DNA of 64,000 bases from an uncultured bacterium. Its GTDB lineage: Bacteria; Patescibacteriota; JACMRA01. The position numbers and the translations under genes are program-made. Below, in pieces: positions 19,890 to 30,206 of the stretch. How positions within the stretch are numbered: position 1 is the first letter of the stretch; the number at the start of each line of letters is the position of its first letter. The stretch is taken from positions 352,001-416,000 of the forward strand of contig OY969926.1 of NCBI GenBank assembly GCA_963704645.1, in the 5' to 3' direction. The notes under the pieces are model-generated. The model was not told the DNA's origin. It made no database searches and was given only the letters and a program-made list of their open reading frames with translations.

Positions 19890-20273
19890 ATGGTTAACGC
19901 AAGCGCAACAACTTTCAAAAAAAGAAAAACTAATTTACACAAAAAAGACCGAGAATTTATTTTAACAGTTTCTTTATTTTTATTAAATCAAGAAGAGCTT
20001 AGAAAACTTTTTTGGAGTGTTAAATCTGTAAATTACGACACCACTTATCAAACCTTAGGTGTTGGCATCTCTACCACAAAAGGAAAATATGGAACAACGT
20101 TGGCCAAATTAAGAAAGTGCAGCCGAGATTTATCTGATCATTTATATGAAAATGGTCTTACTTTTCGTAAGGCAAAAGTTAGCTTCTTCATTAGCAAAGA
20201 AGATTTTGAGTTGGAAAGATTATATAGTTTGCTTGCAGATACCGAAAGAGCTTTAAAAGCTGAACAAGAATAG
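19890..20273 (+). CDS. Hypothetical protein, possible divergent ribosome-binding factor A
   Basis: 127 aa, basic; helix-strand-strand-helix-helix-strand hydrophobic pattern and C-terminal ERLYSLL resemble RbfA. Confidence 0.4.
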   Translation: MVNASATTFKKRKTNLHKKDREFILTVSLFLLNQEELRKLFWSVKSVNYDTTYQTLGVGISTTKGKYGTTLAKLRKCSRDLSDHLYENGLTFRKAKVSFFISKEDFELERLYSLLADTERALKAEQE

Positions 20274-20278
20274 ATAGT

Positions 20279-21256
20279 ATGAATTTTTTCCAGGAATTAT
20301 TTTACCAAATAGTTTACAGACCGCAATTAAATCTTCTTCAGTTATTTTATAATATTACCAACGATATAGGTGTTAGTATTGTAATTTTATCTGTTATTTT
20401 GAATTTGTGTTTGTGGCCTTTTCTAATTAAGACCTACGTTAATGGTCAAAAAGTTAGAGTATTACAACCAAAATTGAAAGAAATTCAAGCTAAATACAAA
20501 GGTAATCAGCAAGAAATGTTAACCCAAACAATGGCTTTTAATAAGAAGCATGGTGTTAGCAGTGGTTCAACTTTTTTGGTTCTATTTTTACAATTATTTT
20601 TCATTTCTGGTTTGTGGGTTTTAACCACAGATGTTTCTACGGGTAAACAGGTTGGAGGAATATATAGTTTTATTTCTAGTACAGATATAGCTACTTTTGG
20701 AACCCAGGCTTTCGGCGTTTTAAACATTGGCGACCCTGGCTCTAAAAATATTATTTTGCCTTTGGCCTATTTTGTTTTATCTACTTTGTATGGTCTTTAT
20801 TTATACAGATGGTCACCTAAATTAGAAATCCCAGAAGATTTAAAAGCGAAGGAGAAAAAGAAAGACGACAAAGAAGAAAAGCCAGTTTTTGACCCTGAAG
20901 CTTTCAACAAAAGTTTGGAATTCCAAACAATTTACGTAATGCCGTTGTTCCTGTTTTTTATTAACTATGGTTTAACAACTGGTGTTAATTTATATTCTGT
21001 TACTGCTGGTGTTCTATCACTTTTAAGACAGATGTATATTACCAAATTTTACAGATTAGATGTTGGTAAATTGCTTGAAAGCGTGGCCGACAGTGACCCT
21101 ACAAGCAAAGATAATATTACTAGTAACAATTTGAATATATTGGCAGATCCAAGCCAAATGGCAGACGCAGAAGTTGCTACACTAGTTATAAAAAAAGATA
21201 AATCCAAGCCTCAGAGTTCATCTAAAAAGGTTAAATCTGTTAAAAAGAAGAAGTAA
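20279..21256 (+). CDS. yidC: YidC/Oxa1 membrane protein insertase
   Basis: GVSIVIL..LWP, LQPKLKEIQAKYK, YVMP, GVNLY..Q motifs. Confidence 0.9.
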   Translation: MNFFQELFYQIVYRPQLNLLQLFYNITNDIGVSIVILSVILNLCLWPFLIKTYVNGQKVRVLQPKLKEIQAKYKGNQQEMLTQTMAFNKKHGVSSGSTFLVLFLQLFFISGLWVLTTDVSTGKQVGGIYSFISSTDIATFGTQAFGVLNIGDPGSKNIILPLAYFVLSTLYGLYLYRWSPKLEIPEDLKAKEKKKDDKEEKPVFDPEAFNKSLEFQTIYVMPLFLFFINYGLTTGVNLYSVTAGVLSLLRQMYITKFYRLDVGKLLESVADSDPTSKDNITSNNLNILADPSQMADAEVATLVIKKDKSKPQSSSKKVKSVKKKK

Positions 21257-21306
21257 AGTTTGTAGCTTGGTTTTGACAGTTAAAGCCAAATTAAACTTAT
21301 TGAAGT

Positions 21307-22281
21307 ATGAAGATTTTGTTAATTGATACGGCTTATTTAACTTACCGTTCTTACTTTGGCTACCCAAAAGATTTTACAGCTAAAGTTGACGGTGGTGAAG
21401 TTCCAACTGGTGCAATTTATGGTTTTGCAAAGACAATCTTAGCTTTAATAAAAAAGTATAAGCCAGATCAATTAATTTTTACAAACGACACTCCTGCACC
21501 TACTTGGAGACATAAAGAAAAAGATGACTACAAAGCTGGTAGGGCAGAAATAGAGCCTGCCATGATCTCGCAGCTGCCTTTAATTAAAGAGTGGTGTAAG
21601 CTGGTAACACCTAACTATTTAGAATTAGATGGTTGGGAGGCAGATGATTTAATTTACACCGTTTGCAGTCAATTTTTAGGTAATTTTGGACAAACAACTA
21701 AAGCCGAGCAAATTTTAATTTTTTCTTCAGATAGAGACTTGTTGCAATTGTTGGTTTACCCTGAAGTTGTTTTTTTGCAGTCCAACCCGTTTAAGAAAAT
21801 AATTCAAGAATTAGGTGGAGAAGAGTTTAAAGAAAAATATATTTTAGAGCCAATTCAGTGGTTAGATTACAAAGCTTTGGTAGGGGATAATTCAGATAAT
21901 TTACAGGGAATACCAGGAATAGGTCCTAAAACTGCCACAGACATTTTAAATATTTTTGGAAGTTTATATAATTTGTTTAACTTGTATGGTTTAGAAACAG
22001 GTATTTTTAGTCCAACCTTGCCCTTGCCTGCAGGCTTTGATGAAACAAAAATTCCTAACAGATTATTAAAATTTATAGAGTTAATTAAACAAAGCCAAGA
22101 AAGCCTGGCTATAACTTACCGTTTATCTAGGTTGGAACTTGTACCTAACACTCAAATTTCTAGCACCAAAGCTAGCTTTACCAATTCAATACCTTTCATG
22201 CAGAAATACAGTTTGAATTCTGTAATAAACGAAGTAAAAATATTGGAAGATAAGGAAGTTAGAAGTGAAGGGTTGTTTTAG
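21307..22281 (+). CDS. Stand-alone 5'-3' exonuclease (PolA N-terminal/FEN-like)
   Basis: LLID, YKAGR, EADDLI, SDRDLLQL, LVGDNSDNLQGIPGIGPKTA (H3TH); no polymerase domain. Confidence 0.92.
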   Translation: MKILLIDTAYLTYRSYFGYPKDFTAKVDGGEVPTGAIYGFAKTILALIKKYKPDQLIFTNDTPAPTWRHKEKDDYKAGRAEIEPAMISQLPLIKEWCKLVTPNYLELDGWEADDLIYTVCSQFLGNFGQTTKAEQILIFSSDRDLLQLLVYPEVVFLQSNPFKKIIQELGGEEFKEKYILEPIQWLDYKALVGDNSDNLQGIPGIGPKTATDILNIFGSLYNLFNLYGLETGIFSPTLPLPAGFDETKIPNRLLKFIELIKQSQESLAITYRLSRLELVPNTQISSTKASFTNSIPFMQKYSLNSVINEVKILEDKEVRSEGLF

Positions 22282-22412
22282 TTGAGAAAAGTAAAATTGC
22301 TTTTTATTATTTGGTCAGACAAGTTATTGTGCAATGTTTTTTCTAAAATAAATTCTTTAAATTATGCAATTTCTATCTAACACAGCGTGTAGGGTTAGTG
22401 CTCAGTAATTAT

Positions 22413-23469
22413 GAGTTAATAACCAAAAACTATCACTTAAAAACTCCACTTCTGTTGATTAAATAGATATATTATGGCATAATAACTTAAACACTCCAAG
22501 TTTTTGTATGTCTAGACACTGTATTTTCTGTTATTCAATTGAAGTTATTAAGAAAGGAAAACAGTCTGGAAGACAGAAATATTTCTGTAGAAATTGTAAC
22601 AAATACTTTCAATCCAAACCTCAAAAATCTCGTAAGGTTGATTCTATTGTTAATGCCTTAACTTTTAAAAAAATTACTCAGATTTAGATCTAAATAATAA
22701 GACTGTTCGTAAAATTGTAGATGAATATGAAGTTAAATTTACTCAGGTAGAGCCAAGTATAATTAACCTAGTCTGTGACTGTACCTTCTTTAGAAAAAGA
22801 AAAGATAAAGATGGTTTAATAATATTCTTTGATTCAATTACAGGAAAAGTATTATGGCATAAGTTTATACAATCTGAAACTAAGTCTAATTATTTAGAAG
22901 GATTAAACTACATACTCCAGAAGGGTTTTAAAATACAATCTGTAACCTTAGATGGAAGAAAAGGTATTCCAGAGGTATTTAGAGATTATCCAGTCCAAAT
23001 ATGTCAGTTTCATATACAAAAGAGAATAAGCACTTTAATTACAAAGAATCCTAGAACAATAGCTGGAAAAGAACTTAACCAAATAAATAACTTATTCATT
23101 AAAAACAAATTAACAGAACAGAGATTAGGTAAAACTCTGGCTTTATACACAAAAAGAAACCAAGACTTTCTAAGCCAAAGAAATGAACAAGGACAATACC
23201 TACATAGTAGAATAATTACAGCTTTAAAAACATTCAAAAGAAATATGAATAGATTGTTTGCTTTTCAAGAATAGCCAACTCTTAATATCCCTAATACAAC
23301 CAATCATATTGATGGAGGAATAAATACTAAATTAAAAGATTTAAATAGAAGGCATAGAGGAATGAGACAAGATAGAAGGAATAAACTTCTCACCAATTTA
23401 TTGTATAATTTGAAGGGCGAAAAGGTTAGAAATATATAATTTCAGGTGATAGTTTTTGGTTATTAACTC
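22413..23469 (+). mobile_element. IS256-family (IS1249-like, Zn-ribbon) insertion sequence, copy 1, 1057 bp
   Basis: Perfect 24-bp TIR GAGTTAATAACCAAAAACTATCAC; 8-bp TSD GTAATTAT at 22405-12 and 23470-77; second copy at 41406-42462. Confidence 0.92.
22508..23439 (+). pseudogene. Transposase interrupted by a frameshift (A7 run 22667-73) and an in-frame TAG (23272-74)
   Basis: MSRHCIFC..KKG..GRQKYFCRNC Zn ribbon; -1 frame continues with DCTFF, DGRKG, QICQFH, then TAG, then PNTTNHIDGG and HRGM. Confidence 0.85.
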
Positions 23470-23660
23470 GTAATTATAATTGCAAATGAATAGAGGTAAT
23501 TATACCTTAACAACAAGTATCAACTGAAAATGTCTATTTGATGAATTAGTTTGGTAGTTTAATTGTTAAGAAGGAAGACTCACCTGAATACACAACAAAC
23601 ACGTTGACATTTTGTGCATTTAACTATAGTTGTAAGTAATTCAAATTTTCAATCTATTTT

Positions 23661-23975
23661 ATGAACAATAATCAACTAGACGCCAATTCTGAACTTTATA
23701 AAAAAGCAAAATTAAGAGTAGAAGAACTTAAGGGATATTACACCCACTTAGGAATATATTTTATAGTAAATATTTTCTTATTTTTACTAGATGTTTTTAA
23801 TGACCCTTCTCAGTGGTGGTTTTACTGGACTACTTTAGGTTGGGGAATCGGTATTGCAGCTCATACATTTGCAATTTTTGGAATAGCTGGAATGTTTGGA
23901 GAGAAATGGGAAAACGAACAAATTGAAAAATATATTCAAAAGAATAATTCCGATCAGTCTAACAAAACAGAATAG
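23661..23975 (+). CDS. 2TM domain-containing protein
   Basis: AKLRVEELKGYYTHLGIYFIVN..WWFYWTTLGWGIGIAAH..WENEQIEKY. Confidence 0.85.
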   Translation: MNNNQLDANSELYKKAKLRVEELKGYYTHLGIYFIVNIFLFLLDVFNDPSQWWFYWTTLGWGIGIAAHTFAIFGIAGMFGEKWENEQIEKYIQKNNSDQSNKTE

Positions 23976-24112
23976 TTTTACAGATTATTTTATTCTATCA
24001 CTGAGACAATTTTAAAATAAATTAGACTTATTGAATTAATGGATACAGTCTTTATCTATAATCAATATAAGCATTTCTTGACTTAGGTTTTTATGTTAAA
24101 TAAAACTGTTAG

Positions 24113-24844
24113 GTGGTTAATGAAATAAAAAGAATGAAAATAGAAAGCTTTGACGCTTATTTAAATTACATATTTGGAGCCATTTTCTTTGTTAGCATTT
24201 TTTTATTTACTAACAGTATTACTTTTGAGTTTGCAAGAAACCTTAGTGAGGTATTTTTATACGTTTGTGTAATTGTATTTCTAACAGCAATTTATTTAAG
24301 TTATAAATATCAGCTTAAATTTAACTGTAGAAATTTTGTTATTTGGTTGGTAATTACTTTTATTCTTACCTTAATTTTGGAAATGGTTGGAACGGCAAGC
24401 GGTTTAATTTTTGGGGAATATAAATACGGACAAGTATTGCAGCTGCAGTTATTTAGAACACCATTAATTATTGGTTTAAATTGGGCTATAATAATTTTAA
24501 GTGCCACAGAAATAGCCAGAAATATAGTAATTTCTATTAATAAATCTAAGAATACAGACTCTAATATTTTTTACTTCATAACTGGAATTTTAGCGGCTTT
24601 ATTAACCACAGCGTTTGATTATATACTAGAGCCAGTAGCAGTGTATTTAGGCTATTGGAATTGGGGAAATTCGGATATTTACAAAGTTCCATTGCAGAAC
24701 TATATAGCCTGGTTTGTAATATCTTTAATATTTAGTTGTTTCTACTTATTTTTGAAGATCAAAATAAAATCATCTTTTGTTAGAAATATTTTCTGGATGC
24801 AGTTTATATTTTTCCTGATGTTATGGATTTATTTGGTTTTGTAA
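24113..24844 (+). CDS. Carotenoid biosynthesis protein (CruF-like 1,2-hydratase)
   Basis: EMVGTASGLIFGEYKY, PLIIGLNW, FDYILEPVA..GYWNW, VPLQNYIAWF. Confidence 0.85.
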   Translation: MVNEIKRMKIESFDAYLNYIFGAIFFVSIFLFTNSITFEFARNLSEVFLYVCVIVFLTAIYLSYKYQLKFNCRNFVIWLVITFILTLILEMVGTASGLIFGEYKYGQVLQLQLFRTPLIIGLNWAIIILSATEIARNIVISINKSKNTDSNIFYFITGILAALLTTAFDYILEPVAVYLGYWNWGNSDIYKVPLQNYIAWFVISLIFSCFYLFLKIKIKSSFVRNIFWMQFIFFLMLWIYLVL

Positions 24845-24946
24845 AAATTTTCAAATACTATTTAAGCTTATCAACAGGTTTATTTATTCAAACGTTTTTA
24901 CTCTTTTAATTTATTAATTCCTGCCTTCCTATAAGGTACAACAATC

Positions 24947-25252
24947 TTATTTTTTAGGTGATATTTTTATAGCAATTATTGGTAAAATAGTAGATAAACT
25001 TATAAAAATAATGCCAGCAGTACCAATACCATTTTCGTATATAAATATGAAATTTAAAATCAGGTTTAGAATTGTAGCTAATAATAAACCAAGCCAATAT
25101 TTAGGTTTAGCAAGATGAACTATAGCGGCAATAATTAAAACAATATTTCCACTAATTCTTAAAGCTTCAGGTTGATTTATAGCCACATGAACAATAATAT
25201 CTATAATATTTACTAGAATTAAAGCGTAGGTAAGGGTGTTTTTTTGGTTCAT
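24947..25252 (-). CDS. Small membrane protein
   Basis: Four hydrophobic segments; 10 bp downstream of the SDR gene. Confidence 0.6.
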   Translation of the reverse strand: MNQKNTLTYALILVNIIDIIVHVAINQPEALRISGNIVLIIAAIVHLAKPKYWLGLLLATILNLILNFIFIYENGIGTAGIIFISLSTILPIIAIKISPKK

Positions 25253-25262
25253 GTTGGTTTTG

Positions 25263-26108
25263 TTATTTTAGTAACTTTTCTACATAATCTAAACTTACCC
25301 TCCAAAGTTTATCTGCAAGGTCTTTATTTTTAGACATTTCGCTTGATTCTGCTTCCTGGTGGCCGTGCCAATATTTTCCTGATATGCCTTCAACTTGGTT
25401 AGATAAAGCTAGGAAAATGCTAGTTTGGGCTCCTTCTTCTGGGGTTATATAATTACCTAAAAAAGATTTATCTTGTTCATTCATATTATCAAATAATGCA
25501 GTTTTAACAACTCCTGGATGAAGACTATTTATGGTTATATTTGAAATATTTGCTTCTTCAAATTGTTGTTTTAAACTAAGTGAAAACAGTAAATTGCATA
25601 GTTTTGATTGAGCATAACTGTACAGCCCATTGTAATCTGGGTTTCTAAATTCAATGTCGTTGAACTGTAAAATATTTCTACGGTGAGCGTTGGATGAAGT
25701 GTTAATAATTCTTCCCGATTCAGATTTAAGAATATTTGGTAATAACAAGTTTGTAAGTAGAAATGGAGCTAAATGATTTACAGCAAAATTCATTTCAATA
25801 CCATCGTTACTTTCTTTAAATTCCATTTCCCAAGTTCCAGCATTGTTTAGTAAAACATCAATAATCGGGAATTTATGAATAACATTTTTAGCAAAATTAC
25901 TTACAGATTCTAAAGAAGCAAAATCGCCCTGAAAACAATGTATATTTTTATTACCGCTTGCTGAAATAATTTCCTGCTTTACTTGTTCGCCCTTTTCTAG
26001 GTTTCTAGTATTGAAAATAATTTGATTATCCAAGGAATTCTTGGCAATTTCAATAGCTGTTATTTTACCAATGCCAGAAGTTGCGCCTGTAATTACAAAA
26101 GTTTTCAT
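25263..26108 (-). CDS. SDR oxidoreductase, retinol-dehydrogenase-like subfamily
   Basis: ITGATSGIG, NNAG, FAVNHLAPFLLT, YAQSK, LHPGVV.T, GAQTSIFLA. Confidence 0.88.
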   Translation of the reverse strand: MKTFVITGATSGIGKITAIEIAKNSLDNQIIFNTRNLEKGEQVKQEIISASGNKNIHCFQGDFASLESVSNFAKNVIHKFPIIDVLLNNAGTWEMEFKESNDGIEMNFAVNHLAPFLLTNLLLPNILKSESGRIINTSSNAHRRNILQFNDIEFRNPDYNGLYSYAQSKLCNLLFSLSLKQQFEEANISNITINSLHPGVVKTALFDNMNEQDKSFLGNYITPEEGAQTSIFLALSNQVEGISGKYWHGHQEAESSEMSKNKDLADKLWRVSLDYVEKLLK

Positions 26109-26275
26109 AAGAATAAGTGTTAACCAAATCTGTAAAAATTAATTGTTTGGGTCAAGCTATATATCTTTTCTTAATTACTATTAGTAACTATTCCACAACA
26201 ACATGTATCAACTTAAAAGTATTCATTTAAAGATAAAATTTAGGCTATACTTTTTAAGAAGTTATACTAACCTTA

Positions 26276-27088
26276 CTATTTATAAATACTTTCAATAATA
26301 TATTCCGAGTCTACTTTTGATAGTTTAAACTTTACAACTAGATCGGTGGATGTACCATCAACTGTTGTAAAAGTTCGATTGTCTGTTCTAATGAATATTC
26401 TAACATTAAGATCTGCATTTTTTTCCATGTCGAATGGATTAAAGCTTACAAAACTAGATTTCAATAAGTTATTTTCATTTAGAAAAGCTTTAAAAGCCGA
26501 TACATTTTCAGATCTTCTTAAGTCTAATTTCCCCCATTCAGAATTAGTATAAATAAATATTGCTGAGGATGTATTTAGAACTGTTAAACCTTCTCCAAAG
26601 TTCACAAAAGTACCGGTTTGTGACTTTAAAAATGCACCGTTTTCAAACTCTGTAAAATCCCAATTATTATTCTTGTTTAAGAGTTGTTCAAAAACATTAT
26701 CATAATCAATTTTTTGTTGGTTGTAGCTTGAAAATAGTTCGCCTTGGTAATATACTTTCAAATTCGGATATTTATTAAATTTTAAGTTATAGTAAAAATC
26801 TTTTGTGGTTGTAACACTGCAACCATATTTTATTCCTGGGTAAAAAAATAATCCAGAAGTGCTTTCATAAGTACTTGATATTTTAGGATTATATAAACCA
26901 TCAACCTGCATTTCAATCTCAGGATTGCTTTTAAGCGTATAAGTTTTTGAAGAATATTCTTTGTTTAAATTTGCGCAATTAGCAGTATGAATTTGTGACC
27001 AACTAAACTGCCATCCAAAATACACAAATATAATAATTACAGGAATTAAGATTACAGCAAATATAATTTTAAGAGTAGGTTTTTTCAT
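26276..27088 (-). CDS. Hypothetical membrane-anchored protein
   Basis: 270-aa ORF with an N-terminal TM helix. Confidence 0.55.
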   Translation of the reverse strand: MKKPTLKIIFAVILIPVIIIFVYFGWQFSWSQIHTANCANLNKEYSSKTYTLKSNPEIEMQVDGLYNPKISSTYESTSGLFFYPGIKYGCSVTTTKDFYYNLKFNKYPNLKVYYQGELFSSYNQQKIDYDNVFEQLLNKNNNWDFTEFENGAFLKSQTGTFVNFGEGLTVLNTSSAIFIYTNSEWGKLDLRRSENVSAFKAFLNENNLLKSSFVSFNPFDMEKNADLNVRIFIRTDNRTFTTVDGTSTDLVVKFKLSKVDSEYIIESIYK

Positions 27089-27223
27089 ATATGCTTGAAG
27101 TTAATTTCATCATCATAAAAGGTAAATATACTAATGAAGTCAACTTATTATCTATATTACAATTAAAGCTAAAAAATGTTTAATTATGTTGCACTAAATT
27201 GCCAAGCTTGGGAAACTTAAAAT

Positions 27224-27634
27224 TTACATTTTTCCTATAAACTGTTCAATTGCATTTTTAATTTTATCATCCCAAAAATCACCAATGGGAATTCCAAAAA
27301 CAATCGATTTTGTTTCAAAAACATATTCTTGGGAAATTGGTAAAACAGCCCTTCTTAGATAAGCATTGGTTATATCTTCTCTTTTGATTTCAAATCCGTA
27401 CATACCCAAAGATTCAGCCCATTTTACATTAAAAATTTTCACAAATTTCCCAACACTATAGACAATCCTTTCCGAAGTAATAATCAGGCGAGCACCTACT
27501 GTTCCTGAACTACCAATTCCATTTAAAAAATCTGCAGATTGATTCTTGTAGAAGGTTATTTCTCTAGAATTAAAAAAGGAGGTGGAATATAAAATTTCTT
27601 CAGTTTCATTTTGGATAAATTTGGACATATTCAA
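27224..27634 (-). CDS. Hypothetical protein (possible PH/GRAM-like)
   Basis: GARLIITSERIVY resembles PH/GRAM strands; same strand as its neighbours. Confidence 0.45.
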   Translation of the reverse strand: MNMSKFIQNETEEILYSTSFFNSREITFYKNQSADFLNGIGSSGTVGARLIITSERIVYSVGKFVKIFNVKWAESLGMYGFEIKREDITNAYLRRAVLPISQEYVFETKSIVFGIPIGDFWDDKIKNAIEQFIGKM

Positions 27635-27661
27635 GTAATTTTAAATTTTTTACAAGTTATT

Positions 27662-28021
27662 TTATTTCCTCAATATTTTATCCATACTTTTACCCTTGGC
27701 TAGTTCATCAATTAGCTTATCTAAATACCTAATTTCTTTCATTAACGGTTCTTGAATATCTTCTATTCTTACCCCGCAAATAACGCCTTTCACTAAAGTT
27801 CGAAGCGGATTAAGTTTAGCCTCTGCAAAAAATGTTTCGAAATTTACCATGTTTTCTAGTTGCTTTTCAAATTCTTTTTGAGTGTAACCAGTAAGCCATA
27901 AAATAATTTCATCAACCTCGTTTTTGGTGCGACCTTTTCTTTCTGCTTTTTGAATGTACAATTTATACACACTGGCAAAAGACATGTTGTAAATTCTTGG
28001 TTTGATTAGGGTTTCAGACAT
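27662..28021 (-). CDS. DUF2200 family protein
   Basis: [53 protein letters not shown]. Confidence 0.92.
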   Translation of the reverse strand: MSETLIKPRIYNMSFASVYKLYIQKAERKGRTKNEVDEIILWLTGYTQKEFEKQLENMVNFETFFAEAKLNPLRTLVKGVICGVRIEDIQEPLMKEIRYLDKLIDELAKGKSMDKILRK

Positions 28022-28034
28022 ATACTAATTGAAT

Positions 28035-29522
28035 TTATATAATTTGATTTAACAGAATTGCACTCTCAACAGCCAGGGGCATACCCCCTCCAGGATGAAC
28101 GCTGCCGCCTGTATAAAAAAGGTTATCAATTTTTTTGTCTTTGCTTTTTGGTCTATAAAAAGCATTTAACATAACGTTGCTATTTAGGCCGTACAAGCTG
28201 CCAAGATAACTGCCAGTTTCAGATTCTATTTCGTTGGGATTCATAGTTTTTTCGCAAGTGATATATTTCTGGAAGTTTTTGATGTTTAAAACTGTTTCAA
28301 CTTTACTAATTACTTTAAATTTAATTGCTTCAATTTTATTTTCATCAAGCTTAATTCCTGCGGGTAAATTAACCATTACAAACCAATTTTGATGTCCACT
28401 TGGTGCATCGTTTTTGGTAATTAAACTAGAAATTGCAATATACACAGTTGGGTCTTCTGGAATTTTTCCTGCAAAAATTTGGTCAAACTCTAATTCATAA
28501 TTTTGACTGCATAATAAATTGTGGCTTACTAATTCTGTAAAATTGTGGCTTATTCCCCAATAGAAAATTAGACTAGACATTGAAAGCTTGTCTTTGCTTG
28601 GTGGTCTAAAATTAGTATTATTAAGAATTTTTTGGGTAGTGTAATAATCTATATTCGACACAAATAAATCAGCTTCTACTATAGAATTTTTACCTTCACT
28701 ATTTTGAACAACAATATTTTGAATTTTATTTTGGCTATAGTTAATTGATAAAAGTTTAGAGTTATAATTAATTTTTACTCCTAGTTGCCCACAAATTTTG
28801 GTTAATTGTTTTGGAAGTTCATAGATCCCATTAATTGGTGTGTATTGTTTCTCACCTCCATATTCAATTTGATTAATTAAATTAAACAAAGCTGAAGTTT
28901 GATATGGGTTGGAACCATTGTAGGTAGCCATTCTTGCAAAGATTTGCTTAGTTTTAAAGTCATTAAAATATTTATCTAATGAATTACTCATGGTTTGAAA
29001 CAGTTTGGCCTGAGGTAACAAGATTAGAGATTTCCAAAATTGTTTTTTTAATACAAGAGCTAATGAAAAATGTGAAAACAAAAATAAACTAGAGCAAATA
29101 TCCCACTGTTTTTTAGTATCTTTTATAAATTTTAAAAGTTTTACAGAATTATCGGAGGTCTTTTTTTCAAGCTCAATACCAAACTTTTTAATGTCAGGAT
29201 AGGTCTGAATAAATTGGTTGTAACTCCAAAAATATTTTGCCCCAACTGTAACTTCTACAAGAGGGTTTAGTTCTTCAAAATTATAGCCAAGCTGTTGGTA
29301 CAAGTCTTGCCAGATTGGCAACAAACTAAAAAGCGAAGGGCCAGTGTCAAAACGGTATTGGTGGTTTTGATTAAATTTAGATTGTAAAAATAATTCTCTA
29401 GCCTTGCCACCACTGTTTGAATTTTGTTCAAATAATTCAACTTCAAAACCACGCTTGGCTAGTAATGCGCTTATTGCAAGACCGCCCAAACCAGCCCCAA
29501 TTACTATTACTTTTTTAGGCAT
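28035..29522 (-). CDS. Phytoene desaturase family carotenoid desaturase (CrtI/CrtD-like)
   Basis: VIGAGLGGL, YRFDTGPSLF, ATYNGSNPY, DPTVYI, DAPSG..NWFVMVN, GSLYG, GGSVHPGGGMPL. Confidence 0.88.
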   Translation of the reverse strand: MPKKVIVIGAGLGGLAISALLAKRGFEVELFEQNSNSGGKARELFLQSKFNQNHQYRFDTGPSLFSLLPIWQDLYQQLGYNFEELNPLVEVTVGAKYFWSYNQFIQTYPDIKKFGIELEKKTSDNSVKLLKFIKDTKKQWDICSSLFLFSHFSLALVLKKQFWKSLILLPQAKLFQTMSNSLDKYFNDFKTKQIFARMATYNGSNPYQTSALFNLINQIEYGGEKQYTPINGIYELPKQLTKICGQLGVKINYNSKLLSINYSQNKIQNIVVQNSEGKNSIVEADLFVSNIDYYTTQKILNNTNFRPPSKDKLSMSSLIFYWGISHNFTELVSHNLLCSQNYELEFDQIFAGKIPEDPTVYIAISSLITKNDAPSGHQNWFVMVNLPAGIKLDENKIEAIKFKVISKVETVLNIKNFQKYITCEKTMNPNEIESETGSYLGSLYGLNSNVMLNAFYRPKSKDKKIDNLFYTGGSVHPGGGMPLAVESAILLNQII

Positions 29523-29626
29523 TTTGTTCTAAACAAAGGTTACCTATAAAGCTAACATTTTGGCAATTTTTCTGCCTATGGTTAATGGAATGGTTGTCGG
29601 AGTTGTTTTTGGTGTAGAAAATAGTA

Positions 29627-30010
29627 CTAGCTAACCTTTAAAACGTAGTCGCTTAATAGTTGATACACAACGTCTATATTGCCACTTTTTCCAAATTTTA
29701 AAGAAACTGGAGATGGATAACCTTTTAGGTAAAGTTGAATTTCACTGTCTAAATCGAAGGTGCCAGCACTTTCTTTTGTAAACACAGATATTTGAGAGTA
29801 GGGAAGTGATTTAAAGCTTTTCTTTCTTCCAGTAAGACCTTGAGCATCAACCAGTATTAATCTTTCGTTAGTAAAAATTATATAGTCTCTAATGGTTTTG
29901 AAAGCAGTAAAAACAGATTCATTTTCTATTAATAAATTTGAAACTAAAGGGTTGTATTCTTCAGGTGTTGCAGTAGTTGCATTACCTAACATGTTTTGTA
30001 AAAATGACAT
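29627..30010 (-). CDS. Bacterial PH domain protein (YvbH/bPH_1-like)
   Basis: RDYIIFTNERLILVDAQGLTGRKK..SLPY..ESAGTFDLDSE. Confidence 0.9.
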   Translation of the reverse strand: MSFLQNMLGNATTATPEEYNPLVSNLLIENESVFTAFKTIRDYIIFTNERLILVDAQGLTGRKKSFKSLPYSQISVFTKESAGTFDLDSEIQLYLKGYPSPVSLKFGKSGNIDVVYQLLSDYVLKVS

Positions 30011-30085
30011 AGATTATTGTTTGAATTGTGTAATTTTAGGCTGAATAGATACTTTGGTTTTGTAAAGAAGTACACTACGTCAAAC

Positions 30086-30188
30086 TAACCCGAAACGTGC
30101 GGTTTCATCCCTAGATAGGGGTACTTTGAGTGAAGCTAAGCAAAAGTACCCCTGCTGGTAAGGGGTCAGAGCGAAGCTCTGGGGGTAG
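30086..30188. repeat. GC-rich multi-hairpin palindromic element
   Basis: AGGGGTACTTT/AAAGTACCCCT 11-bp stem (30117-30153) and CAGAGC-GAA-GCTCTG (30167-81) in an AT-rich spacer. Confidence 0.5.
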
Positions 30189-30206
30189 CTCTGCTAAGCT
30201 AAATCT

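Noticed and set aside
23010-23237. 75-aa ORF, identical to 41638-41865
   Set aside because: Antisense shadow of the transposase; duplicated only because the IS is duplicated
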